Part shown: positions 1-64,000 of the stretch, one piece after another
How the letters are laid out: the number at the start of each line of letters is the position of its first letter
Numbering within the stretch: position 1 is the stretch's first letter
Source: Phoronis australis
Lineage: Eukaryota > Animalia > Phoronida
NCBI GenBank assembly: GCA_002633005.1
Contig: NMRA01000049.1
Coordinates: 321,737 to 385,736, forward strand
Length of the DNA: 64,000 nt
Direction: 5' to 3'
The notes under the pieces: generated by a model
The model's database searches: none
Told to the model about the DNA's origin: nothing
What the model saw: the letters and a program-made list of their open reading frames with translations, nothing else
Translations under genes and position numbers: made by a program

Positions 1-81
1 AACGTCCACATGCACAAAGTTGATTGTCGATGTTTATTTCCCGCTGACTTACTTATAAAAACAAATTTCATCGTTTTGCAG

Positions 82-207
82 TTGCCGTGGTTGTCGCCTT
101 CTTTGTCTGCTGGGCTCCCTATCACGCTCAGAGGCTCATGTCCATTTACGTGAAGGAGTGGACATCGCTTTTAGATAATATAGTCACCGTGCTTTACGAT
201 GTGTCGG
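82..207 (+). CDS. Penultimate coding exon (TM6-ECL3) of a class A peptide GPCR, neuromedin U/pyrokinin/CAPA receptor-like
   Basis: tttgcag acceptor at 75-81, g|gtaagc donor at 208; translates AVVVAFFVCWAPYHAQRLMSIYVKEWTSLLDNIVTVLYDVSG with the TM6 CWxP motif and the HAQRL signature typical of NMU/PRXamide receptors. Confidence 0.9.
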
Positions 208-881
208 GTAAGCTGTTTATTTCACTACGTCTGTTTAATTTAACGTGGGCATCCTAAATTGCAGTGAAAAACTGTCCACAATAGAAATACATTCATAGTT
301 ATCTAAAAAAATGAAAACACGTGCTCTGTCCTCTAGCGGGTTAAAAAAACATGCGGCGATGCAGCTTTTTATATATTTAGCTTCTCACGAAATTTATGGC
401 TCAACTGAAAGCAGCTCCTTTACTTCAAAATTTTTAGCATTTTTCTTGTATAAGGAGCAATCGGTTTAACAATGGCGTAAGGCGAATGGAGCTATTTATT
501 CTTGTGTTAAGCCGTTGCATTTACTGGTTAAGGAAATATTTAATTTAATTTCTTGATTGTTTCCACGTACTAAGGGTTTATCAGTTTTTTGTTTTACGAT
601 AACAAGACGAGGAAGCAACTGAAATGCTCTTGTCTTCACAAGCCGGACGTCGCAAAACGTCAATTTGTCACAAAGAAATCATGCAACAGTCTATATGCTA
701 AGTTTGTGTGGCATATCAATTAATTAATTTCGAAAATGACATACAGATAGGAAGTCCCTAATCAACCGTGTATCATGGAAGCCGACCATTAAGCAAACAA
801 AATCTAGTTTCGTTATCGTAACCTCAAAACATACGACAGTTTTAAATTGGTTTTCATGACAACTCGACCTCATTGTTTCAG

Positions 882-1468
882 GTGTTACGTACCTAATAAG
901 CTCGACAGTAAATCCCATTCTTTACAATTTGATGTCACGCAAGTACCGGAAGGCCTTCAAAGACACTATCTGCAGATGTTGTTATAAAAGTTTGCGCGCA
1001 CCAAATTCGTACAGGTTTCGTCTCTCGGACAGGTCATCGCACCTCACAAACTCTACAATACTGCGCAACCATTCAGGCGAAAACAGCCCAGCGTTGCCCG
1101 GACAACGACATTGGAATCCCCGTTTGTCCAAACGCAGTTCTGGTAATCATTCGTCTTTAATAATTGACAAAACGCACATGATCAATGGGCAGCCAAATAG
1201 CCCGCCGTACCAATACGACGGAGTTTCCAAAAAGTCGTTGACTTTGCAAAAACTCGAAAGCAAGGATAGCATCGACAGTAACATTTTCCTTGAGCTGCAA
1301 TCGGAATATAAAGAGCGTTCGAACAACAAAGACGCCAGTCGACATAAAAACCGGGAGAGTGCAACTTCTCAGCAGATGCTACTCAGAACGGACAACAACG
1401 AAAATCAAATTCCTGAAAGTCCAATGAGTGATGACGTGTTTCCGGAGGAAAATGAAGAGTCGTTGTAA
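882..1468 (+). CDS. Last coding exon (TM7, helix 8, long Ser-rich C-tail) of the same GPCR
   Basis: tgtttcag acceptor; phase matches previous exon; GVTYLISSTVNPILYNLMSRKYRKAFKDTICRCC contains NPxxY, helix 8 and palmitoylation-type Cys; stop TAA at 1466-1468. Confidence 0.92.
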
Positions 1469-4400
1469 TGGAAAACCATTTGTAAATAAGTGTTTTTGTT
1501 GTAGGAGGCCTAGGCGCTAAGTCGAATCGTGCAGAAAGCATTTATAGAAGCTCTAAAAGCCTAATAGACAACCATTTAGTTTTACAATTTGGAAAACACT
1601 TTCCTACCGTAATGGAATTTCTAACAGTTTAAATAGCATTTCCTATTGTTTCAATGCACACAAAATCAAATTCAAAACAAGGACACCTACCGTCGCAAAA
1701 ATCAGAAAATCACTAGGTATAACAAGTGAAACAAGGCACATTCCTATATAAGTGCCCACATTCAGATTAATTGTGGGTCACATATCACACGAACGTCCTG
1801 GTGCTTTTCTCAATCTATTTTGGTGTCAAAATACGAATCTTTTATTGTCATCACCTATGAATATCTCCAGTGTCAAATGAAACTCTGAAAATCGAGTCTA
1901 GTGTGATACATTTTCTTACTTAATTTTTTTTACCTTAGCTATTGATTTAAAATTTGTAAATACTTAATTTCCGGCGCGTTGCATGGAAAGGATTTGACAG
2001 CCCTGTAACTGAGGAAGCCTCCTGTATCTTACATATCAAATTAGGCCTACGTCAGCGTCGACATATTTTCTTTTCCACGAATCAATGTGCATCGCGCAAT
2101 TCAAGATTGACGTTGTTGTTTAGGTTACAGGCCTGTTGCTGAGGAAATGTGAACAGGTGTGGCTCCTGTAGATGGGTGAATCTCTTAAAAACCCCAAGCT
2201 TTCGAGATATATTGCCATGCACTACAAAGGAAGCACGTGATCACACCAGCTTCCTTCTTGAGATTCTTCCGTCTATTGCGGAACTCCACCTACGCACAGA
2301 GCTTTTGTTTGTTCCTTCCTCGTTAGCTGTTTTGTGAAACTTCAGACGAACTGTAAACTTGACATACTGAAAGGCCTGCATGTAATTGGCGAACGTGTTC
2401 ATAATTAGTCGCAAGCACTCTAACTGCCCGCTTTGAATGACGTTAACGAATTAATTAGTAAAAATAAAAAAATTCGAAAAGGTATTGAGCGTTTCGTTTA
2501 GCACTGATGTTCAATAAATATCGTTGGAGTCGATTAATTGCTAGTGATAAAAAGGTATTCGTGCCAGCACCAAGGCAGCTAATGAAGATGGCGGGTCACA
2601 TTGCAAATACAACTGATCACAGGATGGTGAGCCCAACATTGAGATAAAACAGGCCAGTTAGCACAGTAAAAATCGTATCGTACACGCTGCTTCGCGACAA
2701 CTCAGTCTACAATAAAATCACAAGTTGTAGAGAAATTTCTAACATGTTTTATCGAAAGACGTCTTTGTCGTCGTACGTGCTTAAAACCACTATTTGCTTT
2801 TGTTGACAAGTGACTACGTAGTGAGTATGAGCATTCCGGTTTCCCAAAAATGAGATAACAAAACAAAAGTAACTTCGATATTTACATAGTTCCTCTACTC
2901 CACGGGCATGGGTGACGTACCCAGGGCCAGTATGTCACGTCTAACACCCGTATTTCTTGCACAAACTTGGGGGCCATATCCGGGCCATATCCGTGCTTCT
3001 CCGAGATCTCGCGGGACACAGTGTCAGTGGTCAAATACTAAGTTGTCACAACCACCAGAAACGCAACGCCTCGACATTCATTGTTATACCATAAACCACG
3101 GGAAAACGAACATCATTATCTGGCGGCTTTTCACACTAAACACAATGGAACGTGACTAAGTGGTTCGACTGGTAGTTCCGATTTTACATTTCGACCAATA
3201 AATAATCGTACCTCCAGTCGAGATCTGCTAATTAACATATTCAAGGGGAGGAATCAACAATTGGTCGGACTTCAAAACCACTTGCTCGCCGGAGTAATTC
3301 AAAACCAGTCGGCTGGACTGCAAAACCAAATGGCCGGGGATCAAACGTGTTGTCTGGACTTCAAAACGCGATGGCCTCATCAAAAAAAAAAAAAAAAAAA
3401 CTAGTTGGCTACAACCAGTTGGCCGGTGATCAAACACGACAACTTCCTCCGAGTCTCGATTTGAATGTTTCGAAAGATTCAACTGACATTGTTTATTTTT
3501 CTCACCCGTTTTGTTTGTTTTGCTCAAAATCGGCGATTTGTTCGGCCACTGTGTTTGTGCACCTGCCAACCCGTTTTAGTTTCGGGCAACCAGTTTTTTG
3601 GGTGCGCCGGGCCATCTGGTTTTGAGGTACCGGACAACCCTTTTCGTCATGGTCCGAACAAGTGAAGAATACTGGCCATTCGGTTTTTCAGCCCAGCCAG
3701 CTGGTCACCACCCTGTCCAACCGTCTACGCGAGCTACCGCATTCATCACTCGGAAAGCAAGCTTCTGCTGGGCAATCTTGCCCCCAAGCCATGCGTGCAC
3801 CCAACCTAAAATATAGGGGGCTCGAATTTTTCAGTTTGTGAAAACTTTTTACTAAAAAAAAACGGGGTACCACGTTCAGACCTATAAATTGTGCATTCAC
3901 GCCGAATTCATGCGGATTTGTGTCTTATCTCGTTGTCTTGGTCTTTTTGTTTCTCTCAGGCGGACCTTTTTGCCCACTTCGCCCAATGGGCTCTGTTGAA
4001 CGAGCTCCCCGAGCCCCCTCCCCGCCGTGCATGCAAGTGAACACCTTTGTGAACACCTTTTGTGACTTCATTGTTACCATCTACGACCTGATCGACGAAG
4101 ACAACGCAAAAACGAATTTGTGGCCGATGAGTCCTACAGAAATGAGATAGAAAATGCTATAGCTCGGTTCAAGTCTCATAACATTCATTGCTGTGACACG
4201 ATCCCACGACGAACAAGAACACCGAAACCATCAGCCATACCGTGAATAATACGCTTACAAGGAAGTCATGCATTGCTAAAGATATGCGGGAATTTTCACT
4301 TCTCGTCCTTCTGAGCGGCTTTTACCAGGATCTAAGAGAGCGCGGTGCCGGAGTCAGGTACAGTTGTGATGACCGCACTGCCCGATGCGAGCAAGTCTTG

Positions 4401-7400
4401 AGACCCAATTAAGTGTAATTATCCGACCATAAACTGTATTGAAACATCTCTAACTGTACGTAATGACGAATTTTCAAAATGCATTAACCACTCATTTTCG
4501 TTAAAAACGAACACCACAGCGGTATTCATCTCTGGAAAAAAACAACCAAGTGCGGTTTTCGATTTTAAAAATCGATGAACTTACCATTGGGTACGATTGA
4601 AGATAAACTACCGCGCGTATTGATATACTCGGTGGATATACAAACGCTGATCAGAGTTAACAATATCACATGGATTCATTTTTTAATATTCTTTCAATCT
4701 CGTTTAACCAGATTTTTGACCAGGAAACAGTTGTACCTAACTTATACCCACTTTTATTATTTTATTGAATAGTTATATAGTCATTGCCACCGAAATTGTC
4801 CAGAGATTCCAAATCTTCTGTTTGGTTATCACCATATTTGCACTTTTGATATATTTTATGATTTGAGATCCAATAAAGATTTAACTTTAATGACACGTGA
4901 AATGTTTAGTGTACCTGTAATGTAGAAAGTTCAGGTACGGGCTCACAATGAACTTAACTAATTAAGTTTCGATGGCGATCAAAATCTACCTCTGTTTTTG
5001 TACTTCAAGTTTAAAACATAGATAAAAAGTTATCAACCCGTTCACGGAAAGAAAAAAAAACAAGTGGGCTGAAGCGTTAAAAATTAAATAACGGAAACCA
5101 AAATGAAATATATCGTTCCTTTGGGAAGCGACCCTTTGTGAAGATAAACACAAGTTAACCTTTTTAGTCATTTTGTAATATTTATAATGTACCAAGTTAA
5201 AACCACTCGCCAGAGATGCAGGCTGTAACTCTGCAAATGTCAGAGATAACCAACTTGGGGGTACTAACAACAACCATTGTTGAGACAGTAATGCTAGCTA
5301 TTACCTTTCCTCTTCATTAGCTCAGATCTACATCAATACAAAGGGCGTGCTGAATAGGCATCGTAAAAATTGCCTGGGGCAAAAGGGAATCTGAGCGGTG
5401 ACCAGTGTGGGCGAGAAATTCTCCACATGGTGATTCGAAAATTGCTTATATACGCACTGCCTGTGAGTTGAGTTGCCCGGCGACTCATACACCGTGTCAC
5501 GTCTAAAAAGGAAAGCAACAGATTGCCGTTTTTATGTTACCTTTACCAACGAACCTGTGTTATTTTGTATAGTCAACGTTTTGCTTAATTATTACTCCCT
5601 GGCATGTAGGCCTATTTATTATTCACGCAATAAAAGGAAGTGACGTAAACGTTCGAAAGGAAGGCCCGCATCTTACTGTTTACCACTCAGTAAACTCGAA
5701 TAACCGTAACAAGACTGCTTTTAAAAGCAATGAATCAGTGCAGAACCGGATGCGTCGCTTTTGTTGGGCCGTTTACGTCACCGTCGCATGGAACAATATG
5801 GGAACTGTACTTAAAGCCGGAAGTCTTTCTAAGATAACCAAGGAGATGCATTTTTACTAAATGTAAATTAACGCACAACTGATTTTCCCTTGCTCCTGGT
5901 TCAGCGATCGACTTACAGTCGACGGGTATCTCGATGAAGCAACAGGCCTTGAGGTCATTTTCTGTGAATTGCCTGTATACTAGCCGGGCTGCGTCGGAGG
6001 AGTTTTCACGCATGCGCAAACAGCTTGTTTACGGATTTCTGCTGATGAATGATCGTCTTAGTGCAATGAATTCTAAAATTCGGCTATTTTATGTCTGGTC
6101 GGGGAATGACAACGAGTGCGGATATGTCTTGCGTTCTCATATTGTGGTCATGAAGAGAGGGCACAAAAGTCTAGTGAAACTCCAAACAACACTGGAATTC
6201 GGTTACACCATATATTTAATGACGCACAAATCTCAGTTATCCCTGCAAGTAGAATGACCTGCAGAGTCGTACCAAAAATATACTATTCAATGGCAATTGC
6301 ATTATGCAAGTCGTAACAGTGTAAAATATAACAATGTCATAACACAGCGAAATTAAGCTCTAACCAGAAATGTACCCGTCCCGACTACGTCGAGGAATAG
6401 ACAATTGGACATGCACGAAGATGAAACACGATCAACAAGGTACAACTGAAAACTTAGGTTATTTTTTACCCGCGATGTGATCTCAGGTAAGATAGCCTTC
6501 AAATACAACAGTGCACATACTAGAGGCTCGGCCACATTTTCAAGAAATAACATAATATCGTCACCTTAAAGAAGACGTTTTAAAAGGACTTGCAACAGCG
6601 AAATTTTGTACCTGCAAGTTTTATAATTTAGCCAACAATAATATGCCAAAGTTAGGAACGTATTTTTGGGCATAAACACGCCAGTGACAAACAATGCTTC
6701 GTGGGTTATCAGTTCATACAGATAATGACAAGAAGCCGATAAGGCGATAGATCTCTAGCCCTGGAATGCTAACTCCCGCACGTGACCTTCGTATTCCATT
6801 ATTAGAGCTTGGAACGGGAAGCCTAGTCGCGAGAGTTTGCACTGTGAATTTCCGGCTGTCTGCTCGACTGAGTTTTTATCGAGTGTTGTATACTTATCAA
6901 ATCAAGCCTAATTTCATTGCTTCATTCTCATTTTGCTAGAGTTCGCTGGACACACCAATGAACACAAGCTGGTATATAATTACAAAAAAATAATGCTAAA
7001 TATAAACGCTTGGATAAATGCCTGCACAAACAGTACACATATACGAATTTTACCAAATAACTTTTAATTCAGCAGGAATGTATGGCATTAACTGTAAACA
7101 CACTTCCAAAAATCCATAAAAATACAATAAAACAGAACTAGGGTTTGCAATATACCAATTTCCACTGAAACTAGCCAAGTAATCAACTGAAAACATGAAT
7201 TGCATCATATTTGGTAGGTTTCCCACTAGCTGAACACTAAGAAGACTACCATTACCGCTGGGTTAAAGCCACGGTCTGGCTAGACACCCACTGCAATTTT
7301 AACTAAATTGTCTTTTTGCACTTGTGTGAGATTGCGCATAACTTAGCAACAGCCATTAATCAATTCAATCAGGGGTGTAGTCGAGGGGGACATGGTCACT

Positions 7401-10400
7401 TCACTTATTCAAAGACCAGGAATGCTATCCTTATCAAAATGTCATGTCCTGGTAAGAGTTTCTTTCTTTGAGACTTGACAAAATAATAGGACACCTCTTA
7501 TCTTTCGAAACCTGTTCTTAAAAAGGTGGTTAAGTTACCAAGCCACTTTGTTAAAAATTGAAAAAACAGATCCCACTAAACATTTCATACTATTAGTGAG
7601 TCAAATACTAAACGAATTTACCTAGACACAATCGAGTACTTGCTATAAATTGACCGTTTTCGAACGTCAATGGCTGCAGCCATCCCGAGAATGAAGGTTA
7701 CGCGGAAACACGCAGGGCACGTGAAAGCCTACTCATTAGGAACACGGGCGAAATTTATGACATCTCGTCACGTGGTTCAAGGCGGGAATTCCATCACATG
7801 ACTTGAAGTCCACCAAATCATCATTTTGAGGATAGCCCCAGCCATTGATGGTTGACCACATTCAATTTATTGTAATAACCAGATTGAGTGTCGTGACGTA
7901 TGCCTGACGTACATTCTCCTTTAAACAGTAAGGCATAGATTTCAAAATGACTTGGGAAATTTTTTGCCTAATGCTTCATTTCTGTAGAAATAGCCAACCT
8001 TGCTAAAGAACACAGCAAGAGTAGTTACCACATTCTCCTCTTCTTCTTTAGGTTCCGTGTCCCCCATTATCTTTTCTACAACTACACCACTAAATTTAAC
8101 CCAATTGGATATGCAGCTGGAAACAAACAGTATGAATAAACCTAGTAAATTTGTCTTTATAAAAACAAGTACCAAGCTCATCACAATGTACAAAAAAAAC
8201 ATTGAAAATACTGCCATCGTTGTGAACATAACCAATTAAACAACAAGTTGGCGATGATTGTTATAGTACCTACAATTCGTAAAATATGGAAAAAATAAAA
8301 TTCCTCTGTTAAAAGTACATGCACTACTACTACTGCAACAAAACAACTGTAAAACACAGTACATTGAAGAGTGAAAGCGGCAAAATCCATCTGTCTCTCT
8401 TAACAACTAAAACTAGCAAAGGTTAGAAAATAATGTCTCCACGGTTCCTTTATGACTATGAAGTTGTTAACATTTGATGATTTATGTAAGTATCAAAGAA
8501 TAAACTTCATCAACAAAAGCATTTCAATTTTGCACTTGGCGCTTTGAAGTAGAGGCTCTTACATAGGAAAAGTCAATAATGTGTCAGGATTACACCACAA
8601 GAATACCTATTTATGCATAACTCAAAGTAATCTTCAACACTAGGTCATTAGTGTCATAGAAGAGATAAATTTCATTTCCTACCATTAATTGACAACACCC
8701 TGTAAGTGAATACTAAACACTAAGAGGGGACAATTTATGCACAACAGTCAATATGCATACAAGGCATATTTGCAAAAAAATAACATAAAATAAAATAAAA
8801 TATAAAATACAACTTAATGACCTTTGTTGTCAACGCATTAATAATATCACAAAATTAAAACTAGTTAATTAAAAACAAGCTCATACATCTTAATATGAAA
8901 ATAAGTGTTCCTTAGACAAGAAAATAATACTGCCTACAAAAGCTTTAGAAAGAAGCCGTAATCCTAACGTTTTTCAGTCTTCATTAAAGTCATGTACATG
9001 CAGGGACCTAGAAAGAATCCGTAACTGGTTAAGTTGAAAAAGCAAAATCCAAAATGATGATTTAGAAAAATGTAGAAGCATTTTTGAGATTTCATCTTGA
9101 ACATCTATATTATACAAAACGTGTTTGTGTTATTGATGCGGTTGCCTAGCTATAGATGTACTTTCCTTTTGCTATTTTTTCCAAAAAGACACAGTCACGG
9201 AGCCAGTAAATGGCAGATTGAAAACAATAAAATTCACATTCTACAGACCAGGTTTCTTACTTTTAGACAATATATACTTTTATTGAGCTAAATGCCATGG
9301 TTTCGCAGACATTTGGCAAAATACGGACTTGTTGATAAGGTCCTGCATAACCTTAATTACTGAATATTGCTGATATACACGCTGTGTACACTTAGTAAGC
9401 TACAAGCTATGACACTAGAAATAATCACGAAATACCCCTGCAGTAGCACTCAAAATAACATTAGCCATTTTAGTATCTAATGATAAATCAAATGACAAGA
9501 GGTCATACAAATGAACCTTGTCATAGCATATACATGACTCTACCTTATGGCAAGCGCACAGAAGTAGTTGCTACCTGAGCTATCATCCCCAAGTAAACTA
9601 TAGTTCAACTCATAGCTCGGTGTGGGTTTACCTGCACACAGAGAGCAAAATGCTAATTGGCCTGTTACTAACGTTCATAGCAAACACATTTCATTAAACA
9701 CTTGACTGTTTTGGCTACAGAATCCCTAGTGGAATTAATTTATTTTCAAACTCTCAGTAGAACAGCTCATAGTCAAGGGATTCAGCTAGTATCAGGGCTT
9801 GGAATAATCAGTGACAAAAAGAGGAAAATTGTCCAAGTGATATATCGTTCCACAAATAGTCTTGTGTGATAGAAATATTTTTGTGTTGTAAGAATTTAAC
9901 TGAAATAATGATAAAAATAGACAAAAAAGAGGAAACTAGACATCAAATAAAAGGGAATCGAACTAAAAAAGAGGAAATCCTCTTAAAAGATGAAAATTCC
10001 AAAGCCAGTAGTATACAGCAATTCATCAAACCTCACCATAAATGCCTGCCACTAGCTCTACCCTTGAGCAATGGCTGTTCTACAGAAAGTTTGGAAATAA
10101 AAGAACTCAAGAGAGTACAAAAACAAAACAGTGACTGTTTAATGAAACCTCTCTATGAGCACTTAGAATCTACCTATAATATGAATTGTAGTAAACATCT
10201 TGTGACACATGATTAAAATGAGCCAATGAGAGACTTGTTGTTGTCACATGATGCACTAAGAAATTTTCATTGCCTAACAAAGGTAATTACCTAATAAGCA
10301 CTCAGCTCAACCGGTCAGCATGCTGTGAGGTTTTACGCTAATCAGGTAAATGAACTTCAACAAGAAAGGCATTGCCTTACTGCCTTGCAAGTCAAGACCG

Positions 10401-11184
10401 TCACAGTTCATTTCGCCACAGACATGTGTCATGAGCTAAGCTTGTTTTCATTTGATGCGGGTAGCTCTTCGTCTGCACTAGACCAAACAACAATAGCTCA
10501 ATGAATGACTCATGATAGACGCTTCAGTCATAAGCCTTCACAAATGCTACTTCTTGTGATGTACACTACGTTTAACGTGTTTCCTCCCTGTAAACTCATA
10601 CCCGCCTTGTTCCTCAGAATTAGAAATTGGGTCAAGTGAAAGACGCTTTCATGTTCTCGTACTGTGAGAGAGTTGCTAATAGAATGTTTCCTATTGGCTG
10701 AACACAGGACAGCGACTGAGAAGGTGTCCACCAAAATTGTAAACAGACCAAAAACACTGTCAGGTGATCAACCAATTTTAAGCTACACCTGCATAACCAT
10801 GACCTTTTTTGCCCTTGTGAAGTATGTAGGCTGAGTAATACAACTCCAGCCCAACAGTCACAAACAGTGATGACTCAAAGCTGACGATTTCAGTTGTTTT
10901 TGCCATAAAATTTGTTCTTAAATACCTTAAGCACCTTACACACCACTTCATACTCATGTCCCTACAATATTAACTATAGTCATCAAAATACAAATAAGCA
11001 CAAAAACAAGTGGTTGGAATGTATATAGCGCTTTAAACAAGACAGTGATTGATGCCCCAGCCCAATAATCCCAAGCTACAATACAGAGATCAATGAACTG
11101 GATGAAGACGTCATTCTGATTTCCTGTTTATCATTAGTCACTAAGCTCCCATTGTGTGAGGGGGGCTTCAGGCTCTGTGTGCTT

Positions 11185-63763
<52,579 letters not shown>

Positions 63764-64000
63764 CTGGAAAATATCAAACACAAATGGTGGACACGTCATA
63801 CTGATAGATATCACACAGTACAATTAACATATTAAGTTAGAGTTCGCTTTCAAAGTAAAAAGATTAGACCTCGCGGCCCAAAATTATTCAATAGGGGTAG
63901 AATAAGCAACGAAGAATGAGTGCTTGTCATAGTTTATTGGCAATGAACAGGGTGAGGAGGGGCGGGAGTGATGACAATTTTTTTTTTTTTTTTTATTATC

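Noticed and set aside
3160-4030. GC-richer segment with weak inverted and caaaacca repeats downstream of the GPCR
   Set aside because: Probably decayed DNA-transposon sequence, but ends and family could not be defined

Overview
AT-rich, repeat-dense animal (probably marine invertebrate) genomic DNA with three N-gaps. It holds two convergent, intron-containing genes. (1) On + at 82-1468 are the last two coding exons of a rhodopsin-class peptide GPCR of the neuromedin-U/pyrokinin/CAPA (PRXamide) receptor type. (2) On - from 63763 down to 11185 are 27 manually reconstructed, phase-consistent coding exons (about 1,200 aa; 5' end lies beyond the window) of an R3-subtype receptor protein tyrosine phosphatase. 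It has at least 6 FN3 repeats, a Cys-containing juxtamembrane domain with an RIRR furin-type site, one TM helix, a single intact PTP domain and a YENT tail. The introns carry many non-autonomous DNA elements. The most striking is a Helentron/HINE-like family present in three same-orientation copies, whose ~150-bp internal repeat units each carry a CTCF-consensus-like motif (CCACTAGGKGGC), giving regularly spaced motif arrays. Also present are a Kolobok-like element with a decayed THAP ORF whose start is captured in both ~310-bp TIRs, several foldback MITEs, minisatellites, a tRNA-derived sequence and a probable haplotype duplication artefact. Most ORFs in the supplied six-frame track are spurious.
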